Source: Sedimenticolaceae bacterium (lineage in GTDB: Bacteria; Pseudomonadota; Gammaproteobacteria; Chromatiales; Chromatiaceae). Taken from it: 64,000 nucleotides of DNA. The DNA is taken from positions 293,795-357,794 of the forward strand of contig OY829891.1 in NCBI GenBank assembly GCA_963691905.1. The letters are read 5' to 3'. Made by a program: the position numbers and the translations under genes. The notes below the pieces were generated by a model. That model did no database searches. It was not told where the DNA came from and saw only the letters and a list, made by a program, of their open reading frames with translations. Below, one piece after another: positions 26,666 through 37,025 of the stretch; within the stretch, counting starts at the first letter, position 1; the number at the start of each line of letters is the position of its first letter.

Positions 26666-27643
26666 TCATGAAAGCCGCACCCTTGGATCGACGATGGTGT
26701 AGGAGATATCGGTCAGTATCAGTCCGATGATGTAGAGCACGGAACCGAGAAAGACCATCGCCCGCACAATGGCGAAATCCTGCCGGTTGATGGCATCGAT
26801 GGTGTAACTGCCAAGGCCCGGCACGCCAAAAAAGGATTCGGTGATCAGACTGCCCATGAACAGCAGCGGCAGCACCGCCACCACCCCGGTCAGGATCGGA
26901 ATCAGCGCATTCTGAAAGACGTGACCGAACAGCACCCACTGCTCACTCAAACCCTTGGCGCGGGCGGTGCGTACATAGTCCTTGTTGATCTCCTCCAGAA
27001 AGAGGGTGCGGTACCAACGGGTGCCGGCACCAATACCGCCGATGACCCCGATGATCACCGGCAGGAGCAGAAACTTGATCGCACTCAACCCCGTGCTGTA
27101 ACCCGAGATCGGCACCAGGTGGAGCAGTTTCCCCACCAGGTACTGCCCGCCGATGATGTAGAAAAGCGCCGAGATCGACATCATCACCACGCAGATCACC
27201 ACTCCCCAGAAATCGATATAGGTGGCGCGAAAGAACGCGATCAGCAGGGCGAAGGTGATATTCAGCGCCAATCCAACCAGTAGCACCGGCACCGCGATGG
27301 CAAGACTGGGCCACATGCGCTGGGAGATGTCGTAACCGATATCACGGCCGCTGTCGGAGACGCCGAAGTCGAACTGAAACAGCTTCACCGACTTCTGAAA
27401 GAAGATGGTCCGGGTGATCTGTCCAGCACCCGCCTCGGATTCGTTGTAGAGCATCGGAAGATCGTAGCCCCGCTCTGCTTTCCATTCCTCGATAGCGGCG
27501 GGAGTGACGCGCTTCATGCCCAGATTCATGCGCGCCATATCATCAGGGGAGTTGACCACGAAGAAGAGCAGGAAGGTGATGATGTTCACCCCGATCAGGA
27601 TCGGGATAGCGTAGAGCATCCGCCGTATAATATAGGCCATCAT
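26666..27643 (-). CDS. Peptide-type ABC transporter permease (YejB/DppB-like)
   Basis: The start at 27643 (MMAYIIRRMLYAIPILIGVN) overlaps the upstream gene's stop in an ATGA arrangement. Confidence 0.8.
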   Translation of the reverse strand: MMAYIIRRMLYAIPILIGVNIITFLLFFVVNSPDDMARMNLGMKRVTPAAIEEWKAERGYDLPMLYNESEAGAGQITRTIFFQKSVKLFQFDFGVSDSGRDIGYDISQRMWPSLAIAVPVLLVGLALNITFALLIAFFRATYIDFWGVVICVVMMSISALFYIIGGQYLVGKLLHLVPISGYSTGLSAIKFLLLPVIIGVIGGIGAGTRWYRTLFLEEINKDYVRTARAKGLSEQWVLFGHVFQNALIPILTGVVAVLPLLFMGSLITESFFGVPGLGSYTIDAINRQDFAIVRAMVFLGSVLYIIGLILTDISYTIVDPRVRLS

Positions 27644-29826
27644 CGTGCAGCACTCCTCTCCCGGCGTCGAAACAGCACAACAGCGGGAATAAGGGAGAGC
27701 AGCAGGATCACTAGAGTGCCGACCACCGGCCAGAGTACGGGTTGATTCCATGCCAACTGAGACTCTTGGCGCAAGGCAGGTTCGACCCGTTTGTACTTCA
27801 ATGTATTGTTCGCCATCAGATTGGGTTTTACGTTGTGATACCAAGCGTGGTTCAGGGAGAACGCCTTGGAGTGATATCCAAACAACCAGGGGGCATCCCG
27901 CCGCAGTATCTCCATCATCTGGTCGATGATTGCCATCCGCTCAGGGCCGTTATCCATGTTCTTCATCCGGCTGAAGCGTTCATCAAACGCAGGATTGGCA
28001 TAGTTGGAGGCGTTCTCCCCTCCCCCATCCGCCTTGGAATTGGGACCGTAGAGGAGAAAGAAGAAGTTCTCAGGATCAGGGTAGTCGGCATTCCAGCCCC
28101 AACTATACATCTGCCCGGTACCCTTGCGGATCTTCTCCTGAAAACGGTTGTAATCGGTAGCCCGGACCACCAGCTGGATGCCCAGCTTGGTGAACTGTTT
28201 GCGCCACCAGTTCATCCTCGCTTTGTCGTCCGGACCGGTCGCCACAGCATCATAGTAGAGCACCAGTGGCTTGCCTGTGTCCGGATCCCGTCCATCGGTA
28301 TAATTCGCCTGTTGCAGCAACGCCTTCGCCTCATCGATGGAACGGCGTTTGGGTTTACCGTCCATCACCTCGTAGACGTAGGGATTGATTCCCTCGGGTC
28401 CCGGCCGGTTGCCGTAGATGCCCGGCGGAATCATTCCCTGTGCCGGGATGCCCCGTCCATTGGCAAAGATGGAGATAAACTCTTCGTAGTCCGCCGCAAT
28501 GGCGATGGCACGGCGCAGTAGCCGCGCCCGTTCAGAATCCCCGCCGACCACCGAATCGCGCATATTGAAGCCAAAATAGCCGATGGAGGTCTGTACCGCG
28601 GTGGTCAGCTGAATCCCTTTCTGCCGCATCGACTCCGTCAGCCCCACATCTCCCTGATCACCGAACTGTACCGCCTGATCAAAACTGTCCGACGAGATAC
28701 CAGAGGTATCGTAGTAGCCCTGCAGAAATTTATTCCAGTAGGGGATGGTCTCCTTCTCCAGGCTATAGACCGCCTTGTCGATAAAGGGCAGTGGCAAACC
28801 GGCGTCCTGTAACAGTCCAGTCGCGATGTCCTCGGGTTCACCCGTTTCGGGATAGGACTCACCATGAAAATTGGGATTGCGCGCCAGCACCATGCGCAGG
28901 TTGGGGTTATTCTCCGTCAACATAAACGCCCCGGTGCCCACCGGATACCAGTCCAGTTTGATGTTGCGCTTGCGCAAGCCCGGCTGGGCGTAGAAACGGT
29001 CCGCTTCCCAAGGCATGGGGGCAAAGAACGGCATCGCCATCCAGTAGACGAACTGGGGATATTTGCCCTTGAGACGGATGCGATAGCGGTAGTTATCCAC
29101 GACCTCCACACCGGGCAGATCATACTCCCGCAGATCGACATAGGGACGCTCTTCGCCGGTCATCTCCTGCAGCCGTTTGTCCTCGGCGCTCAGGCGCTCG
29201 GAAAACGCCTTGAAGCCGACGATATACTCATTCATCACCCCGGCAATAGGGCAGTGAAAACGGGGAAAAGCGAGGCGTTTGATCTGGTAAACGTAGTCCG
29301 CCGCCGTCAGTTCGCGGCTGCCGTCCACCGGCAGATCAGCCAGTGTATGCAGTGTTTCCAACTGATTTTCATTCAACTGATGGTAGAGATATTCATCCGA
29401 CTCATCCCGGGCAAACAGGGGATGGGGTTGAAAGCGGATACCAGGTTGAATAGTGATCAGGTAATCACTGAAGGCGATCTCATCCACCGGGGCACCATCC
29501 GGCAGAGGTTTGCCTTTGGCGTCCAGGTAGGTGACCTGGGGCATACCCTCACTGGTCAGAGGCACCAACTCATAGGGCCGCTTCAGAAAGTGGTACTGCA
29601 GCGGCGGCTCATAGATCTGGGCGATAAACTCATACTCGTTGGAGCTGTAGGAGCGGGCCGGATCAAGATGTTTGGGGCGCTCGGAAAAGGATCGGTAGAG
29701 CACCTGGCTGGACATCTCACCGGCGGGGTGCGGCGAGTTCCAGGGGGAGTCATCGCACCCGGTCAACAGCATGCCGATCAGCAACAGACTGCAGAGTCCT
29801 CTCAGTTTTATCAATCTGACGCACAT
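27640..29826 (-). CDS. Extracellular solute-binding protein family 5 (peptide-binding, YejA-like), lipoprotein-type signal
   Basis: 728 aa with an LLTGCDDS lipobox-like N-terminus. It is the first gene of the 4-gene importer. Confidence 0.75.
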   Translation of the reverse strand: MCVRLIKLRGLCSLLLIGMLLTGCDDSPWNSPHPAGEMSSQVLYRSFSERPKHLDPARSYSSNEYEFIAQIYEPPLQYHFLKRPYELVPLTSEGMPQVTYLDAKGKPLPDGAPVDEIAFSDYLITIQPGIRFQPHPLFARDESDEYLYHQLNENQLETLHTLADLPVDGSRELTAADYVYQIKRLAFPRFHCPIAGVMNEYIVGFKAFSERLSAEDKRLQEMTGEERPYVDLREYDLPGVEVVDNYRYRIRLKGKYPQFVYWMAMPFFAPMPWEADRFYAQPGLRKRNIKLDWYPVGTGAFMLTENNPNLRMVLARNPNFHGESYPETGEPEDIATGLLQDAGLPLPFIDKAVYSLEKETIPYWNKFLQGYYDTSGISSDSFDQAVQFGDQGDVGLTESMRQKGIQLTTAVQTSIGYFGFNMRDSVVGGDSERARLLRRAIAIAADYEEFISIFANGRGIPAQGMIPPGIYGNRPGPEGINPYVYEVMDGKPKRRSIDEAKALLQQANYTDGRDPDTGKPLVLYYDAVATGPDDKARMNWWRKQFTKLGIQLVVRATDYNRFQEKIRKGTGQMYSWGWNADYPDPENFFFLLYGPNSKADGGGENASNYANPAFDERFSRMKNMDNGPERMAIIDQMMEILRRDAPWLFGYHSKAFSLNHAWYHNVKPNLMANNTLKYKRVEPALRQESQLAWNQPVLWPVVGTLVILLLSLIPAVVLFRRRERSAAR

Positions 29827-30121
29827 AAAATGGCAGGGCTCGCCCTTTTCGATTCGGGAAAATTCGGGTAACTTAGTCAGTTCTTAGTTTTAGTGTTCAT
29901 CCGGAAACACTTCTTTTACCACGAAGAGTACGAAGTTAAAAAATTGATTAACAATGAGTTTTCTTTGCTTCCTTCGTGGTGAAAACAATATTACTTGACG
30001 AACACTTGTTTAATTGTCGGAATCCGGCGCTACCACGGATCGCTATCCGAATGCCGGAGCAGTCGGCCACTGGCCGCATTATCCGCAATTCTGTTTGATG
30101 ACACCACCAAGGAATTGTTCC

Positions 30122-30895
30122 ATGGGTTTTTTGCAAGACAAACGTATTCTTATCGTTGGCGTCGCCAGCAACCGTTCAATCGCCTGGGGCGTTGCCGAAG
30201 CCATGCACCGCGAAGGCGCACAGCTCGCCTTCACCTACCAGGGTGACAAACTCAAGAGCCGGGTGCAGAAGATCGCCGACCAGTGCGGCTCAAATATCGT
30301 ACTGCCGCTGGATGTCACCAGTGACGAGCAGATCGATGCGGTATTCGAGGAACTGGGCAAAAAGTGGGACGGCCTGGAGGGTATCGTCCACTCCGTCGGT
30401 TTCGCCCCCCGCGACCACCTGGAAGGCAGATATCTGGACAATTTGACCCGTGAGGGTTTTGCCATGGCCCACGACATCAGCGCCTACAGCTTCGCGGCGC
30501 TGGCCAAAGCAGGCATGCCGATGATGCAGGGCCGCAACGCCTCGCTGATCACCATGACCTATCTCGGTGCCGTGCGCACCGTGCCCTTCTACAACGTAAT
30601 GGGTGTGGCCAAGGCGAGCCTGGAGGCCAGTGTCCGCTACATGGCCGACTCAATGGGTCCCGACGGCATCCGCGTGAACGCCATCTCCGCCGGTCCGATC
30701 CGCACCCTGGCGGCCTCCGGTATCAAGAACTTCAAGAGCATGCTCGACGAAGCGGAGAAGAAAACCCCGCTGCGACGTAACGTCACCACCGCAGAGGTGG
30801 GCAATGCGGCAGCTTTCCTGACTTCTGACCTCGCCTCCGGCATCACCGGTGACGTGTTGTACGTCGACTCCGGATACCACATCCTGGGGGTATGA
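30122..30895 (+). CDS. fabI: Enoyl-[acyl-carrier-protein] reductase (NADH) FabI
   Basis: [23 protein letters not shown]... is a typical FabI N-terminus, and the length is ~257 aa. Confidence 0.9.
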   Translation: MGFLQDKRILIVGVASNRSIAWGVAEAMHREGAQLAFTYQGDKLKSRVQKIADQCGSNIVLPLDVTSDEQIDAVFEELGKKWDGLEGIVHSVGFAPRDHLEGRYLDNLTREGFAMAHDISAYSFAALAKAGMPMMQGRNASLITMTYLGAVRTVPFYNVMGVAKASLEASVRYMADSMGPDGIRVNAISAGPIRTLAASGIKNFKSMLDEAEKKTPLRRNVTTAEVGNAAAFLTSDLASGITGDVLYVDSGYHILGV

Positions 30896-30903
30896 TTCGA
30901 AAC

Positions 30904-30963
30904 GTAGGGTGCGCTGTGCGCACCAGAATGTGCAGCAATCAAGGTGCGCATGGCACACCCTAC
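30904..30963. repeat. REP unit GTAGGGTGCGC...CACACCCTAC
   Basis: Same family as 21672-21730. Confidence 0.6.
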
Positions 30964-30977
30964 CCTTGACAGAATCA

Positions 30978-32756
30978 TCAGCTGCTGCGGTACTCCGCAA
31001 TACCTGGATTACCCTTCACACCGACCAGTTTCGGGGTGTTGAGCTTTTTGATCTTCACCGTCTTCTGATCACGCAGGTAGTCGCCCACCACATCCCAGAT
31101 GGGACGGCCGGGAGATTTTGAACCCACCGTGGCCCAACCGGCAACCACATATTTCTTATCCGCATCGACCACAGTGCCGTCGTTCAGCGTCATGTTGGTA
31201 ATGCGTTTTCCGAAACCCTTGCCCGGCTCACAGACATAGTCCAAGCCACCGACCCGCACCATGTCCCCCCCCTGCTGATAGTAGGGATCCTTGTTGAAGA
31301 GGTTGTCACTGACATCCTCCAGGATCGCCTTGATGTCGGCACCGCTCATCTCCCGCCGGTAGGTCTCGGGATAGGTGATGCTGGTCTGATCCATGACATT
31401 GTCCATGGTGATCGTCTGGCCCGGCAACACGGTGGTGCCCCAGCGAAAACCGGGAGAGAGAGATATCTGGGCATCATTGACCTCGGTGAGGGCATCACAG
31501 ATGACCTGATCGAAGGTGCCGTTAAAGTTGCCACGGCGATAGAGGGTCTCCTCCGCCACCGCCAACTGCTCATCCAGCTGAGCCTTGTAGGGGGCACGCA
31601 CACCGTCGATGTATGCCTGCATCTCCTTGTCTGCGGGCAGCAGGTTGGAGAAGACCGGTAGCAGCCGGTAACGAAAATCCCGCACCTTGCCGCCCTTTAC
31701 CTCCAGATCCATCACACCGAGGAACTTGCCGTTGGAACCGGCATTGGTCACCAGGGTCTTGCCGCCGGCATTCTTGATGATCGTCGGGGCCGGCATACCA
31801 TCGTGGGTATGGCCGCCGAAAATGACGTCGATGCCGCTGACCCGGGAGGCCATCTTGATATCCACATCCATACCGTTGTGGGAGAGCACCACTACCACAT
31901 CGGGCTTCTCGTTTTCACGCACCATATCGACCACCGCCTGCATACTTTCGTCCTGTATACCGAAGGTCCAGTCCGGGATGAAGCGCTGGGGATTGGCGAT
32001 GGGTGTATAGGGAAAGGCCTGACCAATCACGGCGACACGGGCGCCGCCCACATTCTTGATCACATAGGGCTTGAAGGCGTTGCCCTCATCTTCGTCAAAA
32101 CCGTCAAAATCGGCAAACTTGTAGTCGAACAGGGCATCATCACTTACCTTGACATTCTGCGCTACGAAGTCGCCTTTGAAATCATGGATATTGGAGATCA
32201 CCTCCTTGTCGAGATAGGTGAATTCCCAGTGACCGGTCATCACGTCCACACCCAGCATGTTGCAGGCACCGACCATATCTTTTCCGCGGGTCCAGTAGGC
32301 TGTGCCGGAACCTTGCCAGGTGTCGCCCCCATCCATTAAAAGGGTGTTACCAGGCCCCCGCTCTGCACGGATACGGTCCACCAGCGTTCGCAGATGGGCA
32401 AATCCGCCGATCTTGCCATACTTGGCCGAGGCAGCATCAAAATTGAGATAGCTGAAGGCGTGGGCTTCGATGCCGTTCGGTGCGATACCGAAGTGGTTCA
32501 GCAGTTTGTCACCCACCAGGTGAGGCGCCTTGTTGAAGGCATAACCCAGTCCCAAATTAACATTGGGTTCCCGAAAGTAGATGGGATTCAGCTGTGCATG
32601 CGTGTCGGTAAAGTGCAGCAGAGAGACATTACCAAACTTCGGCACCTCATAGAGATCGGCGGGCTGCCGGGCTGCTGCAAAGATCGAGCCGGGCATCATG
32701 CCGGCAGCGCCGGCGAGTCCCATCAGGCGAAGAAACTCACGTCTGGAAATAGACAT
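30978..32756 (-). CDS. soxB: Thiosulfohydrolase SoxB
   Basis: 592 aa with a Tat signal (SRREFLRLMGLAGAAG). It has a metallophosphoesterase domain plus a 5'-nucleotidase C-domain layout. LHFTDTHAQLNPIYFREPNVNLG is typical of SoxB. Confidence 0.85.
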   Translation of the reverse strand: MSISRREFLRLMGLAGAAGMMPGSIFAAARQPADLYEVPKFGNVSLLHFTDTHAQLNPIYFREPNVNLGLGYAFNKAPHLVGDKLLNHFGIAPNGIEAHAFSYLNFDAASAKYGKIGGFAHLRTLVDRIRAERGPGNTLLMDGGDTWQGSGTAYWTRGKDMVGACNMLGVDVMTGHWEFTYLDKEVISNIHDFKGDFVAQNVKVSDDALFDYKFADFDGFDEDEGNAFKPYVIKNVGGARVAVIGQAFPYTPIANPQRFIPDWTFGIQDESMQAVVDMVRENEKPDVVVVLSHNGMDVDIKMASRVSGIDVIFGGHTHDGMPAPTIIKNAGGKTLVTNAGSNGKFLGVMDLEVKGGKVRDFRYRLLPVFSNLLPADKEMQAYIDGVRAPYKAQLDEQLAVAEETLYRRGNFNGTFDQVICDALTEVNDAQISLSPGFRWGTTVLPGQTITMDNVMDQTSITYPETYRREMSGADIKAILEDVSDNLFNKDPYYQQGGDMVRVGGLDYVCEPGKGFGKRITNMTLNDGTVVDADKKYVVAGWATVGSKSPGRPIWDVVGDYLRDQKTVKIKKLNTPKLVGVKGNPGIAEYRSS

Positions 32757-33144
32757 TCTCTTTTAATCCTCTCAGGTATCAAGGGCAATTTTTCATTGGG
32801 TGGCAAGAGGGGCGAAGTCGAAACTGAATGATTCCAGGCACAGAAAACCTCCGTTGCCTCAATCAAACTTGACGCCGACCCACTATGAGATTGCAAAATT
32901 TTGTACTGCGCCCTTTACACATTTTCAGTCTTCAAACTGCGACAAATGGTTGAGTTGCCGCAAGACCACTATTGTTATTGCGTAAAATAGTTGGCAGGAA
33001 TAGAGGAGGCGCCTGTCAGAGCTCTCCAATAACCTTTCCTGCCAACATCAGGGCTTCCCCTCACTGGCTCCGGGCTGGTCAGGGGAGTATTTATTATCTA
33101 ACTCCATGTCATATAAAGAAAAGTCCCAATTACGCCAAACCCTA

Positions 33145-33771
33145 TTACGGTTTTCCATAATTTCTGTCCAGGGACAGCATCATGCGCATCAGGTGGGACA
33201 ATGTATCAGCATGCATCTTCTCCATCACTTTGGATCGATGCGCCTCGACAGTCGACAGGGTAATGCCCATTTCATCGGAAATATTTTTGTTGCGTTTGCC
33301 GGCAACCACCAGTGCCAGGACCTCCCGCTCACGAGGCGTCAGCTGCTCAAATCGATCCTGTATATCTGTAAGCCGCAGCACTTCACCGCGCCGATTGGCA
33401 TCCTGCTCGATAGCACGATGTACACTGTCCAGCAACGTCTGGTCGCGGAATGGTTTTTCAATGAAATCCACCGCACCGTTCTTGACCGCTCGTACCGCCA
33501 TCGGCACATCACCATGACCGGTGATAAAAATGATCGGCGGGTAAATCGCTTCTCCCTGGAGCCGTTCCTGAAGTTCCATGCCGCTCATGCCCGGCATGCG
33601 GATATCCACCACCAGACAGCCAGGAAGAGTGTCATCGAAGGCATCGAGATACTCCCCCGCAGCGGCGTAACAGGCAACTGCAAGACCCACGGATTGCATC
33701 AAAAGTTGTAGTGCGTTGCGCACCTCTTGGTCATCATCCACGATGAAGACTGTCGGCGTGTTCTGTTCCAT
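33145..33771 (-). CDS. Response regulator, FixJ/LuxR family
   Basis: REC domain (VFIVDDD...VVDIRMPGMSG) plus a LuxR-type HTH (REREVLALVVAGKRNKNISDEMGITLSTVEAHRSKV). Confidence 0.85.
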   Translation of the reverse strand: MEQNTPTVFIVDDDQEVRNALQLLMQSVGLAVACYAAAGEYLDAFDDTLPGCLVVDIRMPGMSGMELQERLQGEAIYPPIIFITGHGDVPMAVRAVKNGAVDFIEKPFRDQTLLDSVHRAIEQDANRRGEVLRLTDIQDRFEQLTPREREVLALVVAGKRNKNISDEMGITLSTVEAHRSKVMEKMHADTLSHLMRMMLSLDRNYGKP

Positions 33772-33774
33772 ACT

Positions 33775-35955
33775 TCAAGTACCCATATTAAATGGAAGGG
33801 TAAATTGGAATTCCGCTCCGCCATCGGCTGGAGTGACAGTGCTGAGTCTACCACCATGGGCGTCGATGATCCCGTAACTGATGGAGAGTCCAAGTCCCAT
33901 GCCCTCACGTTTGCTGGTCACAAAGGGCGCGAACAGCGTATCAATGATATCGGGATTGAGTCCCGGCCCGGTATCCTTGACCGTCACCTGAACCTGATTG
34001 TCACGCAAACCGGTGCGGATGAGCAGTTCGCGGCCCGATTCCGGAGTATTGCCCATCGCCTCAATGGCATTGCGGGCAAGATTAAGGATCACCTGCTCGA
34101 TCTGTATCCGCTGAACGCCAACCCTGGGCACTTCCGGATCGAGATCCAGTTTCACCACCACATCGGCCCTGCGGATCTCCGGGCGAATCAGCACCTCCAC
34201 GGTCCGCACCAGATCGTTGATGTCGACCTCAGCACTCTCCAGCGGCTCCTTTTGCACCATACGGCGCAGCTGGCGAATGATCTCTCCCGCCCGTTCTGCC
34301 TGTGAAGCGATTCGGTCCATCACATCTGCACAGACCTGTTTGTTCTGCGAACCGGACTCAAGCATACGGATGCTTGCATGGGCATTGGTTGCAATCGCAG
34401 TTAATGGTTGATTGAGTTCGTGGGCGATACCTGATGCCATCTCACCCAGCGTACTGAGCCGCGCCACCCGCGCCAGCTCATTCTGATGCTGACGTGTTTC
34501 ATCTTCCGTCTGCTTGCGCTTGGTGATATCACGAAACACCACTACGCTTCCCAGCGTCTTACCCGATACATCCCGGATCGGCGTACTGGTGTACTCCACG
34601 GAAAAACTGCTGCCGTCCTTGCGCCAGAAGAGATCATCGGCGACGTGTCTTGGCTGGTTGTCCCGAAACGCCAGGTAGACTGGGCAATCCTTCTGCGCAT
34701 GTGGGGTACCATCCGCATGGGTATGGTGCAAAATCTCATGCTGGTTCCGGCCGATGAGATCCTTTTCCTGCCAGCCGGTGATCTCCACCGCAGCACGATT
34801 GACGAAGGTGGAATTGCCCTGAAGATCCACGCCATAGATACCATCAGCCACCGAGTCGAGGATCAGTTCATGCTGCTGCTCCAGTTGTACCTTGGCACTA
34901 TGCAGTTCCCGGTTGAGCCGCATCACCCATAGCGTCATGAAGGCCATGAACATAAGAAAAACCAAGCCGCCCAGCAGCCAGTACCAGTAGCGTTTGATGG
35001 CGTCCAACAGGGTGAAACGCCCCGGCTCCGCATAGGGAGAGAGTGAAAGCTCCTTGAGTAGCTCATGCACCGGCTGATAGTCGAGGGGGATAGTCCACCC
35101 GGCATATTTTCCGGAGATCGCCGCCGGGTGATCGTGCGGCATGTTCAACAGTGCCACAGCCACCTGTTGAGCCAGATCATTCGCAGTATGGCTGACCTTA
35201 CTGAACGGCCACTCCGGATAGAGCCGGGTGCTGTGGGCAAAAGGAAACTCTGGGCTGGTCAGCGGATTGATGATATGGAACTCATCCAGGTCGATGACCC
35301 CGGCATTTGCCATGCGCTCCAGAATATCCGTGCGCACCGTACCGACATCCACCTTGCCATCACGCACCGCCATCACCACCCGATCGTGGATGCCACCGAA
35401 CTCCAGCCTTTCAAAATCGAGGTAGGGATCCAATCCTGCGGATCTCAACTCGCGCCACGCCATCTGAAAACCACCGAGAGAGGTCGCATCCACCGCCATC
35501 AGCGAACGTCCGCGCAGGTCTTCGAGATCCTTTATTTCCGCATGATCCCGACGAGTGAACAGTACGCCGCCGAAGATATTGTAGGGCACATCCCCGCGCC
35601 GGTTATTAAGCGTGGCAATACGTGAGACGCGGAATTTTACTTCCAGATTGACGTAGATACCCGGATTCACCAGGATGAAGTCAACCGCACCCTGCAACAC
35701 CGCCGGATTGACCTCATCGAAGTCGAGGGGAATGATTTCAAACTGCTTTTCCGGGATGGCATTTCCCAGATACTCGGCCGTGGGACGCCAGGCTGCCAGT
35801 GTCGCCTGATCACCGCGGTGGCTCAGCACACCGATACGGACCAGATCCCCTTCGGCACCGGCAGTGCCACAGAAACACCATAGCAGGGACAGCAAAACGA
35901 ACGGCACGATTCTTGAGTGAAATAGCAACACCAGGAAAATCTTCAATCCGCGCAA
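33775..35955 (-). CDS. Sensor histidine kinase with periplasmic PhnD/SBP-like domain, PAS, HisKA, HATPase
   Basis: 726 aa. It has a periplasmic substrate-binding-like domain, then a TM helix and a PAS domain. The H-box is IAHELNQPLTAI. N- and G-boxes are present. Confidence 0.8.
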   Translation of the reverse strand: MRGLKIFLVLLFHSRIVPFVLLSLLWCFCGTAGAEGDLVRIGVLSHRGDQATLAAWRPTAEYLGNAIPEKQFEIIPLDFDEVNPAVLQGAVDFILVNPGIYVNLEVKFRVSRIATLNNRRGDVPYNIFGGVLFTRRDHAEIKDLEDLRGRSLMAVDATSLGGFQMAWRELRSAGLDPYLDFERLEFGGIHDRVVMAVRDGKVDVGTVRTDILERMANAGVIDLDEFHIINPLTSPEFPFAHSTRLYPEWPFSKVSHTANDLAQQVAVALLNMPHDHPAAISGKYAGWTIPLDYQPVHELLKELSLSPYAEPGRFTLLDAIKRYWYWLLGGLVFLMFMAFMTLWVMRLNRELHSAKVQLEQQHELILDSVADGIYGVDLQGNSTFVNRAAVEITGWQEKDLIGRNQHEILHHTHADGTPHAQKDCPVYLAFRDNQPRHVADDLFWRKDGSSFSVEYTSTPIRDVSGKTLGSVVVFRDITKRKQTEDETRQHQNELARVARLSTLGEMASGIAHELNQPLTAIATNAHASIRMLESGSQNKQVCADVMDRIASQAERAGEIIRQLRRMVQKEPLESAEVDINDLVRTVEVLIRPEIRRADVVVKLDLDPEVPRVGVQRIQIEQVILNLARNAIEAMGNTPESGRELLIRTGLRDNQVQVTVKDTGPGLNPDIIDTLFAPFVTSKREGMGLGLSISYGIIDAHGGRLSTVTPADGGAEFQFTLPFNMGT

Positions 35956-35985
35956 GTAGAGAAAACCAACACCACGCCTGCCAGG

Positions 35986-36786
35986 TTATTCCGTCAATTT
36001 ACGTAACTTACTGAACAGGCTCTTGCTGTTTTTCTCCTCAGCAAGCGCGACCTCCTCGCGCAGGAGCATCTCTTGCGTCTCCTTTTCACGCTGCTTTTTT
36101 TCCATCTGTAGCCGTTTACGGATTTTTTCCTTCTCTGAGTCAGAAATATCCAAACTATGCAGCTTTTCATGTTTGCGCAGGATAAAATTACCCAGATCAT
36201 CAAGCCATTTCTCGGTAATTTTTTCAGGCTTGTAGAGATGACGCTTGATGGAAAATCCTTCAAAATTCGAGGTGATCATGCGGATGCCACCCTGTTCAGG
36301 ATCGGCCTGAAAGAGAAAGATCACTTCAACCTTGACCTGCACCTGAAAGGTGAGGCCGACCGGCCGCTGGTCCATGTCCCTGACCGGCCACTCAGCAAAA
36401 CGCATCTGCTGGTTTTCCAGGAAAGACCGTGTCGCATCTGCGTCCGACTTGGGGGTAACCGAAAATTCCAGTTCGTTCTCTGTCGCACAGTTGAAACGCA
36501 AACGGATAGTTTTGGTCTGATCGGTACTATCCGCGTTGACAATATAATCCTGTTGCCGTAATCCCTGAATTTCCCCATAACCGGGCAGTTCATAAGTACA
36601 GCTGACATCCGGGTTGACAAGCTGCAGCTGCTCCGCCAGTTCGCTGAGATAACGCAGGATGGCCCGCATGCGAGGTCGCAGGGCCGACTGGTAGAGGGCT
36701 TCCTGCCTGACCTCAGGCGAGTCCTGTTCGTTATCCGGTTGCTGAAGACGTTCAGCCTCGTGTTTTAATTCATCAAGCAGGGACAT
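35986..36786 (-). CDS. Hypothetical protein with lysine/glutamate-rich coiled-coil C-terminus
   Basis: This is a 266-aa ORF on a clean frame. I recognised no motif. Confidence 0.5.
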   Translation of the reverse strand: MSLLDELKHEAERLQQPDNEQDSPEVRQEALYQSALRPRMRAILRYLSELAEQLQLVNPDVSCTYELPGYGEIQGLRQQDYIVNADSTDQTKTIRLRFNCATENELEFSVTPKSDADATRSFLENQQMRFAEWPVRDMDQRPVGLTFQVQVKVEVIFLFQADPEQGGIRMITSNFEGFSIKRHLYKPEKITEKWLDDLGNFILRKHEKLHSLDISDSEKEKIRKRLQMEKKQREKETQEMLLREEVALAEEKNSKSLFSKLRKLTE

Positions 36787-37025
36787 GGTGAATCTTCGGT
36801 AAAATCGGTGGTTTCAGTCTTTTCCCTATCGATAATCTCAGGCGTCACTGCCATTCATCCCACCTTATTCATAGCGGGTCCCCATCAGGCTAGGCGATAC
36901 ACCCACCTAAATCAAGGATTTCGATTCTCAAGACGTCATACACAGACATCCTACAAAGACAATCTTTTCACGCCCTGCTGCAAAGGGTAGAGTGCCGCTT
37001 TTTCCACGCAGAGATTCCCTTATCA

